A stretch of 64,000 nucleotides of DNA from Camelus dromedarius (Eukaryota), in contig NC_087436.1 of the NCBI RefSeq assembly GCF_036321535.1, positions 26,166,001 to 26,230,000 of the forward strand. Direction: 5' to 3'. Made by a program: the position numbers and the translations under genes. The notes under the pieces were generated by a model. The model was not told the DNA's origin, made no database searches, and saw only the letters and a list, made by a program, of their open reading frames with translations. Shown piece after piece: positions 1-13,113 of the stretch (its first letter is position 1; each line of letters starts with the position of its first letter).

Positions 1-1960
1 ATATAGATAAAAATAAGACAATCCACCAAAAAGACATAGTAGTCAGAAGTATTTATGTACCAACAACAGAGCTTCAGAATACTTAAAGCAAGAACTGATC
101 AGTTTATAGTAAAAATTTAAAAATCCACTATTATAGTAAAAGAACAATCCCTCACCCAGAAATCACTAGAACCACTAGATACAAAATGATCAAGGGTTCA
201 GAAGAATTGAACAACACCATCAATCAACAGAATCTAATTGACATTTATAAATAATTCCACCCAACAGCAGTAAAATACACATTCCTTACAAATGCTCATG
301 AACTATTCAACAAGATAGATCATATCATGTGTCATAAATCACACCTTGACAAACTTAAAAGAATTGAAAATACGGAGTATGTTTTTTCACCATATTGGAA
401 ACAAATGAGAAATTAATAGTTGAGATATAATAGAAAAATTGCAAACATTTGGAAATGAAATAACATATTTATAAATGATGCATGGGTAAAAGAGGAAGCC
501 TTAAGGCTAGTAAAAAAATTACATTGAAAGAAATGAAAGGGAAAATTTAGCATATCAAAATTTGTGGGATATACCTAAAGCAGTACTGAGAGGAAAAATT
601 TTAACATTCAATATTTACATTAAAAATAATATGAAGTCAAGAATCTAAGCTTCCACCTCAAGAAAGCATAAAAAGGAGAGCAAAATACAATGAAAGCAAA
701 CCAAGGAAAGAAGAAACAAAGATAAAAGATCAGTGGACTTTAAAATTAAAAAAAAAAAAAAACTTAATGAAGTAAAGATGGTTTGTTGAAAACATCAGTA
801 AAATTAATAAAAATCTAGCAAAAGTGACAGAGAAAAAATGATCAATATTCAAGAATGGAAGAGGGGACATTGCTACAGATTCTATGGGTATCAAAAGGGT
901 AATAAGGGAGTAATATAAACAAATCTATGCAAATATGACAACTTAGATAAAATAGGCCAATTCCATGAAAACCACAAACTATCAAATTATACGCAAGTTG
1001 AATTAGATAATAAGAATAATTCTGTAGTTATATAAAATTATATTTATAGTTTAAAAATCCCCAAAAAAGAAATTAAAATTTAAGAAGTTTTGCTCTGTGA
1101 AGTATTTTCTTAAAAGGATGAAAACACAAGCTACAAAGCAAGAGGAAGTATTTGCAAATCAAATAACCAACAAAATACTTGTAACCAGAATATACAAAGA
1201 ACTCTCAAAACTCAACAGTAAAATAAAAACCATCCAAATAAAAGATGGTCAAAAACATGAACAATGAACAGACCTCAGAGAGCATATACATATGGCAAGT
1301 AAGCACATGATACAAAATTTAACCTCATTAGCTTTTAGAGAAATGAAAATTAAGACCATGTTGAGATATTATTACACACCTACTAGAATTACATATATAC
1401 ATATACAGAAACACACATACACAATACAGTGCAAAGTGCTGGCAAAAATATGGAGAACCTACCCCTCATATAGTGTTATAGAATGTAAAATGGAGCAGTA
1501 ACTATGGAAAATGATATGGTGGTTTATTATTAAATTAAATACGCTCTCCATGGCCATGCAGTCATACTCCTGAGAATATATTCTAGATAAAGACTATGAA
1601 AACTATGTTTATACAAAAACCTGTACATTAATTATCACAGTAGCTTTATTTGTTATGACCAAAAACTCAGAGCAACTGGAATCTTGCTTTCAAGTGAATG
1701 AGTTCACAAATTGAAGTATACCCATACAATGAAATACTATTCTACAAAAATAAGAATGAACTATTGATGCACATAGCAATATGGATGAATCTCAAAATAA
1801 TTATGCTGAGTGAAATAAGGCAAAGAAAAAAAAAGAATACACACTTTATGGTTCATTTATACAAAACTTTAGATAGAAAATACGCACAAAGTATGCCAGT
1901 GCTTGTTGTTCTCATGGTTGTCATGAGAAGTGGGAGAGGGACTGTCAATGGCATGAGAAA
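1..1960 (+). mobile_element. Old LINE-1 (L1M) remnant: ORF2 endonuclease region joined to ORF2 C-terminus and 3' region, RT domain deleted
   Basis: 1-1070 follows the L1 ORF2 endonuclease/linker (e.g. gaattgaacaacaccatcaatcaacagaatctaattgacattta, aaaatttgtgggatatacctaaagcagtactgagagg). ORFs 1292-1501 (REMKIKTMLRYYYTP) and 1698-1997 (WMNLKIIMLSEI) are ORF2 C-terminal motifs. Many stops and frameshifts. Confidence 0.9.
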
Positions 1961-2169
1961 GACACAGCAATATTGTTTAGGAACACAAATCATGTAAAAA
2001 TATTATATATATTTATAGCTTACATACAAAATTTTCATAATTGAAAACAAAACACATGGCACCAAATGATTATTTTCAATCCTAATATGTTTCTCTAGAG
2101 TTTCTTCTAGTCTAGTCTTAGTGATGATTATTATACCTTTCTTTCATATCACAAGTCTTCTGCGTTTTT

Positions 2170-3319
2170 CCTCTACCCTCCATCTTGGCAGATGATTTTC
2201 CTCTTTTTTATCTGAAAAAATATAAACTATCAAAAATGAATTTCTCTTCTTCCTACCTGTAATCAGTCAATCAATAAATAAATTTTACTATGCTTACACC
2301 CATCTACTTATTTTGTCCTATTTTGTTACAATGGAGGCAGCCTATCACTATTCAATACTTTCAGGTGTGCTATAGATTCAATCCACTCTTTTACCATCTC
2401 AAGAATTTCAACACATCAAATGATCTTCTTGCTTTTTATTCTTTGGAATATTCTTTACAGTTAAATATATCATAACCACTGGCATGAAAATATACCCTAG
2501 ACACCCCCATTTAAAAATACCTAAATAAGTCCTCAGTCTTATAAATAGGTACTGCTACATCTTGTCTTTTCCTCTTCAGAGCCAAGGAAGAGTTGGTACA
2601 TTTGTCGTCTCCTATTACTCAACACCAATTTAATCTTCATCAAACCAATGTCTGGCTTTTACTCCCCCTTGTTCACCTTATTAATTGGTATCAGGCTACT
2701 GTCTTTACTGTTGACAAATTCAGTAGACACTTTTCTATCTTTTCTTTTCAAATCTTTTACCTACTTTCACCATTCTTTCTGAAACAAAGTAAAGTCTTGC
2801 CTTTTATGTTATTACTCTCTTAGTTTTGCTCTCACTTCATTTTTGCTTTATTTCCTTTTCTGGATCATCTTCCTCTATCTATGTTTGAAATAGTGGAATT
2901 CCTTAAAGCTTTTTTTCCCTCTTCTTCTCTTTCCTTATACTCATTCTCCAGAACATATCAATGGTTCATTGAAATTTATCTTCCATTTAATTGCTGATTA
3001 CTTCCTAACAGAAATTCCTTGCCTAGATCATTCATTAGATAGGACCACTGTCTAATATCCAACTCTATGTATGACTGCTTGAATACATCAGTTACAGTAA
3101 AATCTAAAATGGAGCTCTTGAGTTCCTCCATTTCTAAGGGATGTGTTTTTCTATCCTTAATTTTAATAAATGACATCACTATTTAGTATAATCATTCTTT
3201 TCCTTCCTACCATCCCCCACATGCAATCTATGTATAAATTTAAGTCCTGTTGAATTAATCTCAAAAATATATCTCAAATATGTATATTTCCCTTCATTCC
3301 CTTTGTCATCATCATCCTC
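2170..3319 (+). mobile_element. LINE-2 fragment (5' part, interrupted by MLT1)
   Basis: Degenerate L2-like segments: gcagatgattttcctctttttta..gaaaaaatataaactatcaaaaatgaa, caatgtctggctttt, aaatctaaaatggagctcttg, cccacatgcaatcta..aagtcctgttgaatt..ctcaaaaatatatctcaaat. Confidence 0.65.
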
Positions 3320-3846
3320 TGTTATTCAATATCTATCTCTTACTGCATAACAAAATATCCCAAAATTTAGTTGCTTAAAATAGTGATCACTTATTAAATC
3401 TTACAATAGTATGGATCAGAAATTTAGGCAGTACTTAGCTGGACCAATCCTTCTGTTCCACTTTGAATGGAATGGGGTTGCTAAATGGCATACAGTTAGT
3501 GGCTGATACAGTCTAGAAGCCTCAAGGTGGCTTCATTCACAAACCTCATGCCTTAGTGGGGAAGAGGCTGGCCTTAGATGGCCCATTCTTCCTCTTCATG
3601 TAACCTCAGGGCTTCTCCACTAGCAAGCTGTTTGGCCATGGCTACGCAGGGCTCTAAGAGTATTCAAAGATCAGAAGTAGAAGGTAACCTTTTAAACCTG
3701 AAGTGTGGAAACTGGCAAGTTCATTTCCAGCATATTTTATTTTTCAAGGCAGTCTGAATCCCCAAAATTTAAGACAAGGAAACATAAACTCCACTTCTTG
3801 ATATAAAGATTAGCAATGAATTTGTGGATATTTTTATTCTGCCACA
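3320..3846 (-). mobile_element. MaLR solo LTR (MLT1H/I/J-like)
   Basis: TG...CA termini. Start resembles the MLT1 end (tatctcttactgcataacaaaatatcccaaaatttagttgcttaaaa); ends tttttattctgccaca. Flanks tcctc (3315-3319) and acctc (3847-3851) form a 5-bp TSD with 1 mismatch. Confidence 0.85.
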
Positions 3847-3889
3847 ACCTCAAAGGTCAATTACTGTCATGTCATGCTTTATATTTAAA

Positions 3890-4158
3890 TTAAATGTTAC
3901 CTTCTCCTAAACCTTCCCTAATCATTATGTTTAAATTGGGTGTCTTACCATCTATATTTCTCTCAGAGCATTGTTTGCTTGTTTATTAAGATTTTTTGAT
4001 TTATTTTTGAAATATATTTAATTTATTTTTCTTTTTTACTGCTTCATCTACTAGGAATAAATTAGTAAAAAAAATGTAAATCTATTTGTCTGTGCTTCTC
4101 TAGTGCCTAACATAGTAATGGCAATATATCAGGTATTCAGTAGATATTTAATAAATAA
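3890..4158 (+). mobile_element. LINE-2 3' end
   Basis: aaatgttaccttctc..accttcccta and tctagtgcctaacatagtaatggca..caggtattcagtagatatttaataaataa resemble the L2 3' terminus. Continues the L2 split by the MLT1. Confidence 0.7.
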
Positions 4159-4239
4159 CTTTTTTAGCAATAAGTGAAAAAATGTTTTATTAAAATGTTT
4201 GCATAAATGCAGACTAGTGCATCTTTGAGAACAAATCCT

Positions 4240-4680
4240 GTGAAAAAATTTGGAGAACTTAGCTGGTCACAAATTCAGCGTAACTCACTATGGCTATTAA
4301 GGAGTTGGGGAGGGAGTGTCACAAAACCAACAAGATACATTAAAGGAAACAGTTAAATAAAGAAGTAATGTTCCAAATATGCTGATCAGATCACATTTGA
4401 AATGATATGCTCGGCTCTGAGAGACATATTTTTAGAAAGATAGAGAATAACGTGACGTGAGAATATGGAGTCAAGTGAAAATGTGCAATATGAAACACTT
4501 GAGGGAACTTGGAACGTTTAGCTTGTGAAAGCCTGAGGGGCAGTATAATTGATATCTTCAAATGTTGAACAGCTGTCACATGTGAGATAGTTTTCCCTCC
4601 ATTTTCCTTGGAACTCTGATATCAAAGATGAATTTTACAATTAAAGTGATACTTAAGCAATCCAGAAGAATAACTCTAAA
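4240..4680 (+). mobile_element. L3/CR1 LINE fragment
   Basis: ctgatcagatcacatttgaaat, ttgagggaacttggaacgtttagcttg, ctgaggggcagtataattgatatcttcaaatgttgaacagctgtca match the L3 ORF2 3' region as I recall it. Confidence 0.7.
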
Positions 4681-5035
4681 GGGACAAAAATGATTTAAAA
4701 TGTTTCTGCCAGTATTTCTTAAGGCTGCTATAGTTGCTTCTTGCCCTTACACCTGGGATTAGATTTGAAGCTTTCTTGTCTCCTTTCGTGTGATAATTAC
4801 ATTTACTTTTCATCATTAAAAAGTGAGTCAACTAAAGACTTTTTATTTATCATATTATTCATTTCCTTACTAAGGTATTAACTGTATCTTAAGCACCTGT
4901 ACAGTGTACAATCTATAGTGCTGTGAGGAAATCATAGGAGATCCTGTTCCAGTGGTTCTTATTAGAGAATGCATCTGGGCACTACGTCAAGTGAATGAAA
5001 ATAAAATTCAGCAAATTAAGTAAAAATCAGTATAA

Positions 5036-5335
5036 ATGCTTAGGGTGGTGAAACTACTCTGTGTGATACTATAATGGCGGATACATGTTGCTGTGCATTT
5101 GTCCAAACTCATACATTGTACAAAACCAAAAGTTAAGGCCAGTGTTAACTATGGACTTTGGGTGATTGTGATGTCTCAATGTAGGTTCATCAGTTGTAGC
5201 AAATGTAGCATTGTGGTGGGGATGTAGATAACAGACGAGGCTGTGCGCATGTGGGAGAAAGGAGTATATAGGAAATCTCTGTATGTACCTTTCAATTTTG
5301 CTGTGAGCCTTAAACTATTCTAAAAAAAAGTCTTA
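5036..5335 (+). mobile_element. 5'-truncated L1 3' end (L1MC1-like) with TSD
   Basis: Typical L1MC 3'UTR (gtgaaactactctgtgtgatactataatgg..actatggactttgggtgattgtgatg..ttttgctgtgagccttaaac). TSD aaaaatcagtataa (5022-5035) / aaaaatcaatataa (5336-5349). Confidence 0.9.
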
Positions 5336-6949
5336 AAAAATCAATATAATAAATTATAAGTTCTCTAAATGGTCCATTCCCCAATTTTCTGGATTTACAC
5401 ATTGACCAAAAATTTATCTCTATAATCTGTTTTTAAAATTGTTTACAACACCTATTGATGCTGAACAGTTTTGACAGATTTTGAAGATTTTCACAAAGTT
5501 TTGTCTAGGTAGTTTATTATTATTTTAAGTTACTGATATTAATAACAATGACTATACATTTTTAAGAATTCTTAAATTGATTTATTTAAAGTATTTTTTC
5601 TGGTTTGCCATCTTTTCAGTATTTTTCAAGTGTGTCCACAGATTATCAGGAAGAAAAGTAGTATCTGTACCCAGTGTATCATACTGCTAGTCCATTTGAA
5701 TCCAGACTCGTTTATTAATTTACCTATTTTAGTTTTCTAAAGGCAAAATTTAGCTCAAATAATAAAATAATAAAATCCTCCCCTTTTCTCTGTAGAATAG
5801 TTGAACTCTTGGGAAATCCCTTTTTAACTATGAAATTACCTCTTGTAAATCTTAGTGTTTGTGAATGTCAGAGGCTAGAGGCAAGAAAGTGAGTCTGATA
5901 TTTTAGTCACTACCATTTTTAAAAGTTGTGACAATACTTGGGGTTTAATTAAATTTTAAAAAGTGAGGCTGTTAACCTCTAACAGTGTTAGATTTTTTTC
6001 AAAAAATAAACCCAACTATTAAACATTTTCTAAGGAAGTTTTTTAAGTGTATACTTTTGAAATAATTTGAGTGCTTCATGATTAAATTATCAAAAATCTG
6101 TTGGCTAGCACTGTACTGTGACATGTAGTGTCACTGCTGTCTGTGTGTAAGAATGGTTAAGACATCTAGCTCCTTATGTTGCAGCCTCTCCCACCACAAA
6201 GCAGAGAGCACATTTGCACAGGTGCAGCTTTATATAGCACTACTGTGGTTGTTCTTTCAGAAAGTTTTAAGAAGATAATACAATTTGTTCACAATAAGAA
6301 ATCATATTTGGTAATGAAAATAAGTGCACTGTATAGCATATGTAATAAAATGTAAAATGTATAAAAATATAGCAAATCTATAGAGTAAAATGTTGATTTC
6401 ACTGTCCATGTTTTCTTCATTAAAGATCAGATGAAGACCTGCAACTACTCTTAAGGCAACATTCCCTCTTTTGATCCGATTTTATTTGTATTCATGAATT
6501 TTCCATATCACCTCATCCTATGCTGTGTGACTTCTAGTTTTTCTTCCTGATTATATTACTAAGTCTGAGAAAGTTCTTAATATTGAGTTGTGTCCTTGCT
6601 TAAATCCCAGCCTTTATGTAAATAATCAACCATCAATTATTTATTATTTATATAAGTAATCAACCATTTATTTTTATAAATAATAATTCATCAATTTCTA
6701 AGCAAACTTTGCTCCTCTCCAATGGTCATAAATTAGTTGAATGTTAGAAAAAATAACATAATCAAAAATAAACTCATTACTTTTGATGCTGAATAGCATC
6801 AGCTTTTCCAACGTGAGCACTTTGATCATGAGTCTGTTGACTTATGTGAGTCTTTCTGACGCTTTTCTCCACATTCAGTGGGTGTGGAAATAGAAAGGTG
6901 GGCTGTTTCACTCACCTTTCCCTTACCCACTAAACTGGATTATTTTAAG

Positions 6950-9240
6950 TAAAGACATCATAAAATGTTACCCTTAAAAAAGCATGTCTTTCTAGGAAAT
7001 ACTTAATTTTGAAAAATTACATAATATAAAATTACATAGCCCAAATCCCATTATTATACCTAAAAAGGAAAACACTTCCTTAATATTGCCCACTATCCCA
7101 TAATGTTTTCATCTCCATTTGTCTCATATGTGTTTTTTTAAATAATTGGTTCTTTCATATCAGTATCAAAAAAAAAAAGACCACTCATTTCATTTATTTT
7201 ATATATCATAGTCTCTTTTAACCTATAAAATCTCTTCATTTTTGTAAAGTCTTAACCTTTGTTTCTTATTTTATTTGCCTTACATAATTTTACATGTTTT
7301 AGGCTTAACTAATTGCATACCTGTGATAAAATTTAACATATTTCTCTATTTCCTGTATTTTACATAAATTGATTAGATCATATGGATTAGATCAATTTTG
7401 ATTTTTTTTTTCAGGAGTTTCTTATGAGGCTCAGGATATCTGGTCATCTCTCATTTTCTGATCTCTCTGCTATAAAATTCTCCATCAACTTTTCACTTAA
7501 TGCTTTGGCAAGCCATTTAAGATCATTGGCGAGAACCATTACTTGATTAAGGGATGCAAAATTGTGTTTTTTCAATGTTATAATTTTTGCTGGAAATATT
7601 GCCTGTGACTCTACAATTAAAAAAATTACTCATTGACTATTTGGTTACCCTTACAAGCATTGGTACACCAAAGGAAGGTAAATTCTGCATTCCTTCCTGT
7701 TAATCATTAGTTTCCAGAATAATGAATTATTATTCTAGCAACCTTGAGAGGTGGTCAATGACATTTTAAAAATTATTCTGAACTCATGGATTTTTAACAT
7801 CTTTGAAATGTTCATTACAATTATTATAGTTCTTGATGTTTAAATCAAATGTCTTCAGCTGGTAGAAACATTTTTAATTTTAATTTGATTCCTATGATAT
7901 TCCAACAGGATTCAAATAGTCTTTGATAGTTTGTTTGTGCTACTTTTTTGGTATGAAAAATAGTTCCAGGCTTACATTTTACAGTCCTTATCACAGAGCA
8001 GAATCTACCAGTTCTCCAGGAAGTTTTGGCTTATATTACTATGTACTGCTATTTAGATACCATAATCTTGGTTCTTTATATATGATTTAGCCAGTTTGGC
8101 CATTGCTTCTAGGCCTTTTCAGTTTAACAGCCAGAAAATAAGTCTGTATTTTATTTTAGGAGAGAATATAAACACCCTAAGATATATTCTAGTTGCAACA
8201 AAAATGTAAGAATACAAAGTTTTTACTAAAATTCTTTTGAAAAATATTATATTTTTGTTCTCAAAATATTTCCTAAAATATTAATATATTTATTTTCTAT
8301 TTATCATTTATGTATCTAAATATGCATATCTATTTGCATGTAAATATTCAAAATAATAATATCAGAAGTGTCACTAAATACTGCTTGAGATTTCTTTTCA
8401 GTTCTTTCTAGTAATGATGTACAGTCAGACTACCGGTTTATGATTATTAAAAACAGTTATTGCCAGATGAAGCCATTACATTGGTATACAATTTGGTTAA
8501 GTTTTATTTTGTTTCTACTTTAAGGGATAATTTAATTAATTTATATTTAATTTTACTTTTATAATTATGCAAAATAAATAGAAGGCTCTAAATTCTAATC
8601 TGTAAAACAAGATATATTCAGATAAATAGGCCTTCAACTTCTTCCCCCCTTATGTCTTTTTTCTTTCAGTCTGCACATAATAATTTTCATTAGTTTTTTT
8701 CCTACTTACATTTGTAAAATGTAAGCTTCTGTTATGTGTAAATATATAGATGCATGTATATCTAACTCATTATATACATATATTTGCCCCCTTTCATATA
8801 TAAAAGGTAGTATAGTAATCACATTGTTTTGTACCTTTAAAAGATTTTTTAGGGCTTGATCTATAATCATGAATAAAGATTTTTCTCATTCTTTTTAGAG
8901 ATATATAATACTCCATTCCATGGATGTACCATAATTTATTCAACAGGTCCCCTACAAATGGACATTTTGATTACTTCCAATTTTTTTTTGTTTTGGCAAA
9001 TAGGAGAAAAATAAATTGCTTTATGCATATGACATTTTAGTATTTCTAGGATACCTCTGAAAGAGGTTCATAAAGAAGTGATTTCTATATAAAGAGACAA
9101 ATCAATAGTCATTTTTAAGATATTACCAAATTCCTATTTATAGATCAGTGCAGCTCTGTATTTCTACCAGCAATATAGGAGTGTGTGTTCCCCTACAACA
9201 TCATCAAGAGAATATATTGCTAATATTTTAATATTTTCCT
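6950..9240 (-). mobile_element. Old L1 (L1MC4/L1ME-like) long 3'UTR and ORF2 end
   Basis: Antisense L1 motifs near 8880-9210 (ccattccatggatgtaccataatttattcaac, ggacattttgattacttccaa, tttctaccagcaatatagga) plus degenerate old-L1 3'UTR (taaaattctccatcaacttttcacttaatg, gccattgcttctaggccttttcag). Confidence 0.7.
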
Positions 9241-11889
9241 TAATGGAAATATTCATTTTCATGATATCTAGAGTTGAAAATGAGTCCTCCTGTTGCACAA
9301 AACACACATTAGATCACTTTGCCTGGAACAACTTTAAATAAGCCTGTTGCCTTTAGATGTTCAATAGGTTTAAAACTTTTGACAACAATACTTGATTTTG
9401 AAAGGGGCTTATCTAATCATTTGGGCATCTCTCTTTCAATAAGCATTCTTGGGATGAGTGACAGCCCTTGAAGAGATATAGCTAGCATACCAGTTTACTT
9501 AGGTTCAGATTATCTAAAATTTTAAGGAAACTTTTAGGAATGGATGCATATGACATGATAGTCTTGATCTAGCATGAACTCCGTATTAGTTACTATTCTC
9601 AAGGTCCTAGCATATTTTACGTTAACTACCTATTACATCTATTTAAAGGGGTAATCAGGGAATGGCTTTTTCCAATAAATGAGCATGTACAAGAGGCCTA
9701 CAGGGTTGTCATTCTATGTTTTGTTTTGGTTTGGTTTTTTTTGGTTTTTGGTTTTTTTTAGAATATTACCTTTGGACACTACTGATGCCTTCATCACTAT
9801 CAGGTACACATGTTATACTTTGCTCATTGCTGTCGTGACCTGTTCCCCTAGGAGGAATCTCAGAACAAAAAAGTCACTGGAGAGTTAAAGAGTGTAGATG
9901 AGGGCAGTTAACCACCACAATGCACCTGTCAGAAGTCCAGCTGGCTCACATATAACTGAACATAAGGCTGATTGGCTCTCTGCCCAGAGAAACCAGTGTA
10001 TCCTGAAGGGTGCCATATTGACAATTATGGATATGCAAAATTGTTCACACATTCAAGGTTAAGAGCAACTTATTTCGAGCTCATATCTTTATGCAATTTG
10101 TTTGATGTCATATGGGGTCATTTAGGAGCCTAGTTTCTAGAGGCAAGAATTACTGCTGCAACTCATTTGTTCTAAATTATAGGTGCTGTTAAAATAGTTT
10201 TTAAAAAAAAAATCCTTCTTGGTTTTGACCAGCATTTTAAGTGGTTAGTCAGGGAAAATTGGGAAATAATATAAATTAACATCTAAGTAATAAAGTATAA
10301 ATGTATTGATCAGAGCTTGGATGTGACAATGATGGATGATTTCTGCTGAAAACAAAGTGTCTATTTGATAATGATGTGTCATCAAATAGCATAACAGCAT
10401 GAAGCTAAATAATTAAAATTGTCCTCCTATAAATCTTGTAAGGGGATTCCCAACAAAGCAATTACCTATCTTCTGGATTTCTCATGAAAGATAAACTACT
10501 ATATGTACTATGGTGTTTTGTAATTTTTTACAATCACTGTAGACAGGGTCTTTATTCTGTGTATTTATGATAAAGACTCATGTCTTATTCATTTGAGGAT
10601 CACATAATCAGTTCCTTTTTTAGGTAACAGCACAATTTCCTCTTGTATTATCCTTTGTATCAGAAATTTCTTGCACTTAGGGACATTGTCAGAGTAGATT
10701 TATTGAATGTATAAATTCTTTTTTGAAAGAAAAAACAGGTATTATTAAAATATTTAGGTCCTACTTATATCAGTAAAAATCATATTTATTCTAGATTTAT
10801 ACAAAGCAAATACATTTCCAGCCATTTCTCACTTAACATAGGGAAAACTATTTGTTGAATTAACTGTTGAAATTATGCCTAACTTTTTCAGGTCAGTTGT
10901 TAACTTGGGTAGCATTATGTTGATAATAACATTATGGTATACATGAATTTGAATGACATTTTCAAATGCTTTTCATTTCTTTCTTGAGTATCTTGTCATT
11001 ATTAAAAGATATTTTTTTCCTATGAGCAACAGTACATTCATAATATCTAAGATGACTCATATTCTTTTGTTTGGATTTGTAAGTGACTTCTTATAATAAG
11101 ATCTTAGCCTATAAACTTCCTTAAGTTCATTAGAGTTCTTATGAATTTTTACTAGGTAATACTCTATTCCTATTTCTGTTCATCTATATATTCCCTAAAT
11201 TTGCTTTATCACCACCTCTATATGTTGTAGTTATTCTGTTTGTTCATTTGATACTGGTTATGAAGATGCCACCTGCTGTTGATTTCAAATGAATCCTTGA
11301 TTATTCGTTAAATCTTATGGAACACCTACCTTTGGTAAACACTTAGAAAAAGTATGGGGAAACTCTAAAATGAAGATACTTTCAAATAACTTACAAAATA
11401 CAAAAAAAAGGGACATTATAATGTTGGGACTAATTAATCCTAATTATCATGAGATATAGTTCTTACTACATGACGAGGGAAGACAAATATGACTAGGATT
11501 TGAAATGTACTCTGAACCCATTTATTGTTTCCATGGTCATAATCACGATTGAATAATTGCACCAACTGTGCCTATAAAAGGCATGATAGCCAAGGTTCAG
11601 ATCCCTTTGGGGACGTAGATTTGAGTTAGTTCACATGGCAAGCAATACAAATCAGCAAATATTCCTATCAAGAAAGAAGAGCATCAAAATATATGACAGA
11701 GGAAAAAAATGATGAATACTAATTATTTCCTAAGCACTAGCTACTGCATCAGAGGTGTAGCTTGACACATCAGCTCTCTTGTTGTAAGTTGTTTTTTTTC
11801 AGATAGTGTGACTGCTTACTATCTTAAAGAAGCTTTCGTAGTTTGTATGGTTATAATGTGGTGCAAGAGTAGATCTGAGCTGTGATGGG

Positions 11890-13113
11890 TCAACAGCAGA
11901 TACAATCAATGTAACCCAGACCTCTAAATGCCAGAATCTTCATCTCTATGCCTGAAGGCTCTCTGTACCCCCACACCACATCTGCTCTGGCCATGTGCAC
12001 AGCAGAGTGGAAGTGTCAGCAATGTAAGGTCCCTTCTGAAAGGGTCATCAGTCAAGAATGGACAGTACAAAAATACCCCAGATCTTTTGCCTCTAAGTGG
12101 TATTACAATAAGGCATGTATAAGTGTCTTTTTGAAATAGGGTTCCTTCTGGATATATGCCCAGGAGTGGGATTACTGGGTCATATGTTAAGTCTATTCCT
12201 AGTCTTTTGAGGAATCTCCATACTGTTTTCCATAGTGGCTGCACCAAACTGCATTCCCACCAGCAGTGTAGGAGTGTTCCCTTTTCTCCACAGCCTCTCC
12301 AGCATTTGTCATTTGTGGGCTTTTGAATGATGGCCATTCTAACTGGTATGAGGTGATACCTCATTGTAGTTTTGATTTGCATTTCTCTGATAATTAGTGA
12401 TATTGATAATTTTCTCATGTGCCTATTGATCATTTGTATTTCTTCCTTGGATAATTGTTGTTTAGATCTTTTGCCCATTTTTGGCAATGGAATACTATTC
12501 AGCCATAAAAACCGACAAGATAATGCCATTTGCAGCAACATGGATATTCCTGGAGAATGTCATTCTAAGTGAAGTAAGCCAGAAAGAGAAAGAAAAATAC
12601 CATATGAGATCACTCATATGTGGAATCTGAAAAAAAAAAAAACAACATAAATACAAAACAGACTCATAGACATAGAATACAAACTTGTGGTTGCCAAGGG
12701 GGTGGGGGTTGGGAAGGGACAGACTGGGATTTCAAAATGTAGAGTAGATAAACAAGATTATACTGTATATCACAGGGAAATATATACAAGATCTTGTGGC
12801 AGCTCATAATGAAAAAAATATGTTAATGAATATATGTATGTTCATGTATAACTGAAAAATTGTGCTGTACACTGGAATTTGACACATTATAAAATAACTA
12901 TAATTCAATAAAAAAATGTTAAAACAAAATAAGGCATGTATACTACACTGACTTCCAGACTTCCCCAGTGGGAATAAGTTCAGATTTCCTATGTAGTAAC
13001 TTATTTGAAAATACGCCTTTAATTGGCTGCCTTCCATCCCTTCTCACTCCCTACTTCCCTATTGTTGTCTCCTGGGATCATCTATCAAATAAAACCATAT
13101 GTACTCAAAATCT
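11890..13113 (+). mobile_element. ERVL solo LTR (LTR16-like), split by an L1 insertion at 12107-12942
   Basis: Left part ends aaataccccagatcttttgcctctaagtgg..aggcatgtata. Right part resumes ctacactgacttccagacttccccagtgggaat..tttaattggctgccttccatccc..cctgggatcatctatcaaataaaac, collinear with LTR16 as I recall it. Start is approximate. Confidence 0.75.
12122..12927 (+). mobile_element. Young lineage-specific L1 with 5' inversion (12122-12484 antisense, 12485-12927 sense) and 15-bp TSD
   Basis: The minus-strand ORF 11924-12541 contains the ORF2 C-terminus ([37 protein letters not shown]). The plus-strand part runs caatggaatactattcagccat through the 3'UTR to aataaaaaaatgttaaaacaaa. Perfect TSD aataaggcatgtata at 12107-12121 and 12928-12942. 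Confidence 0.95.

Noticed and set aside
11924..12541. 205-aa ORF, the longest in the window, as a gene
   Set aside because: It is a chimera produced by the inverted L1 insertion: antisense L1, ORF2 C-terminus, then read-through into antisense LTR16.
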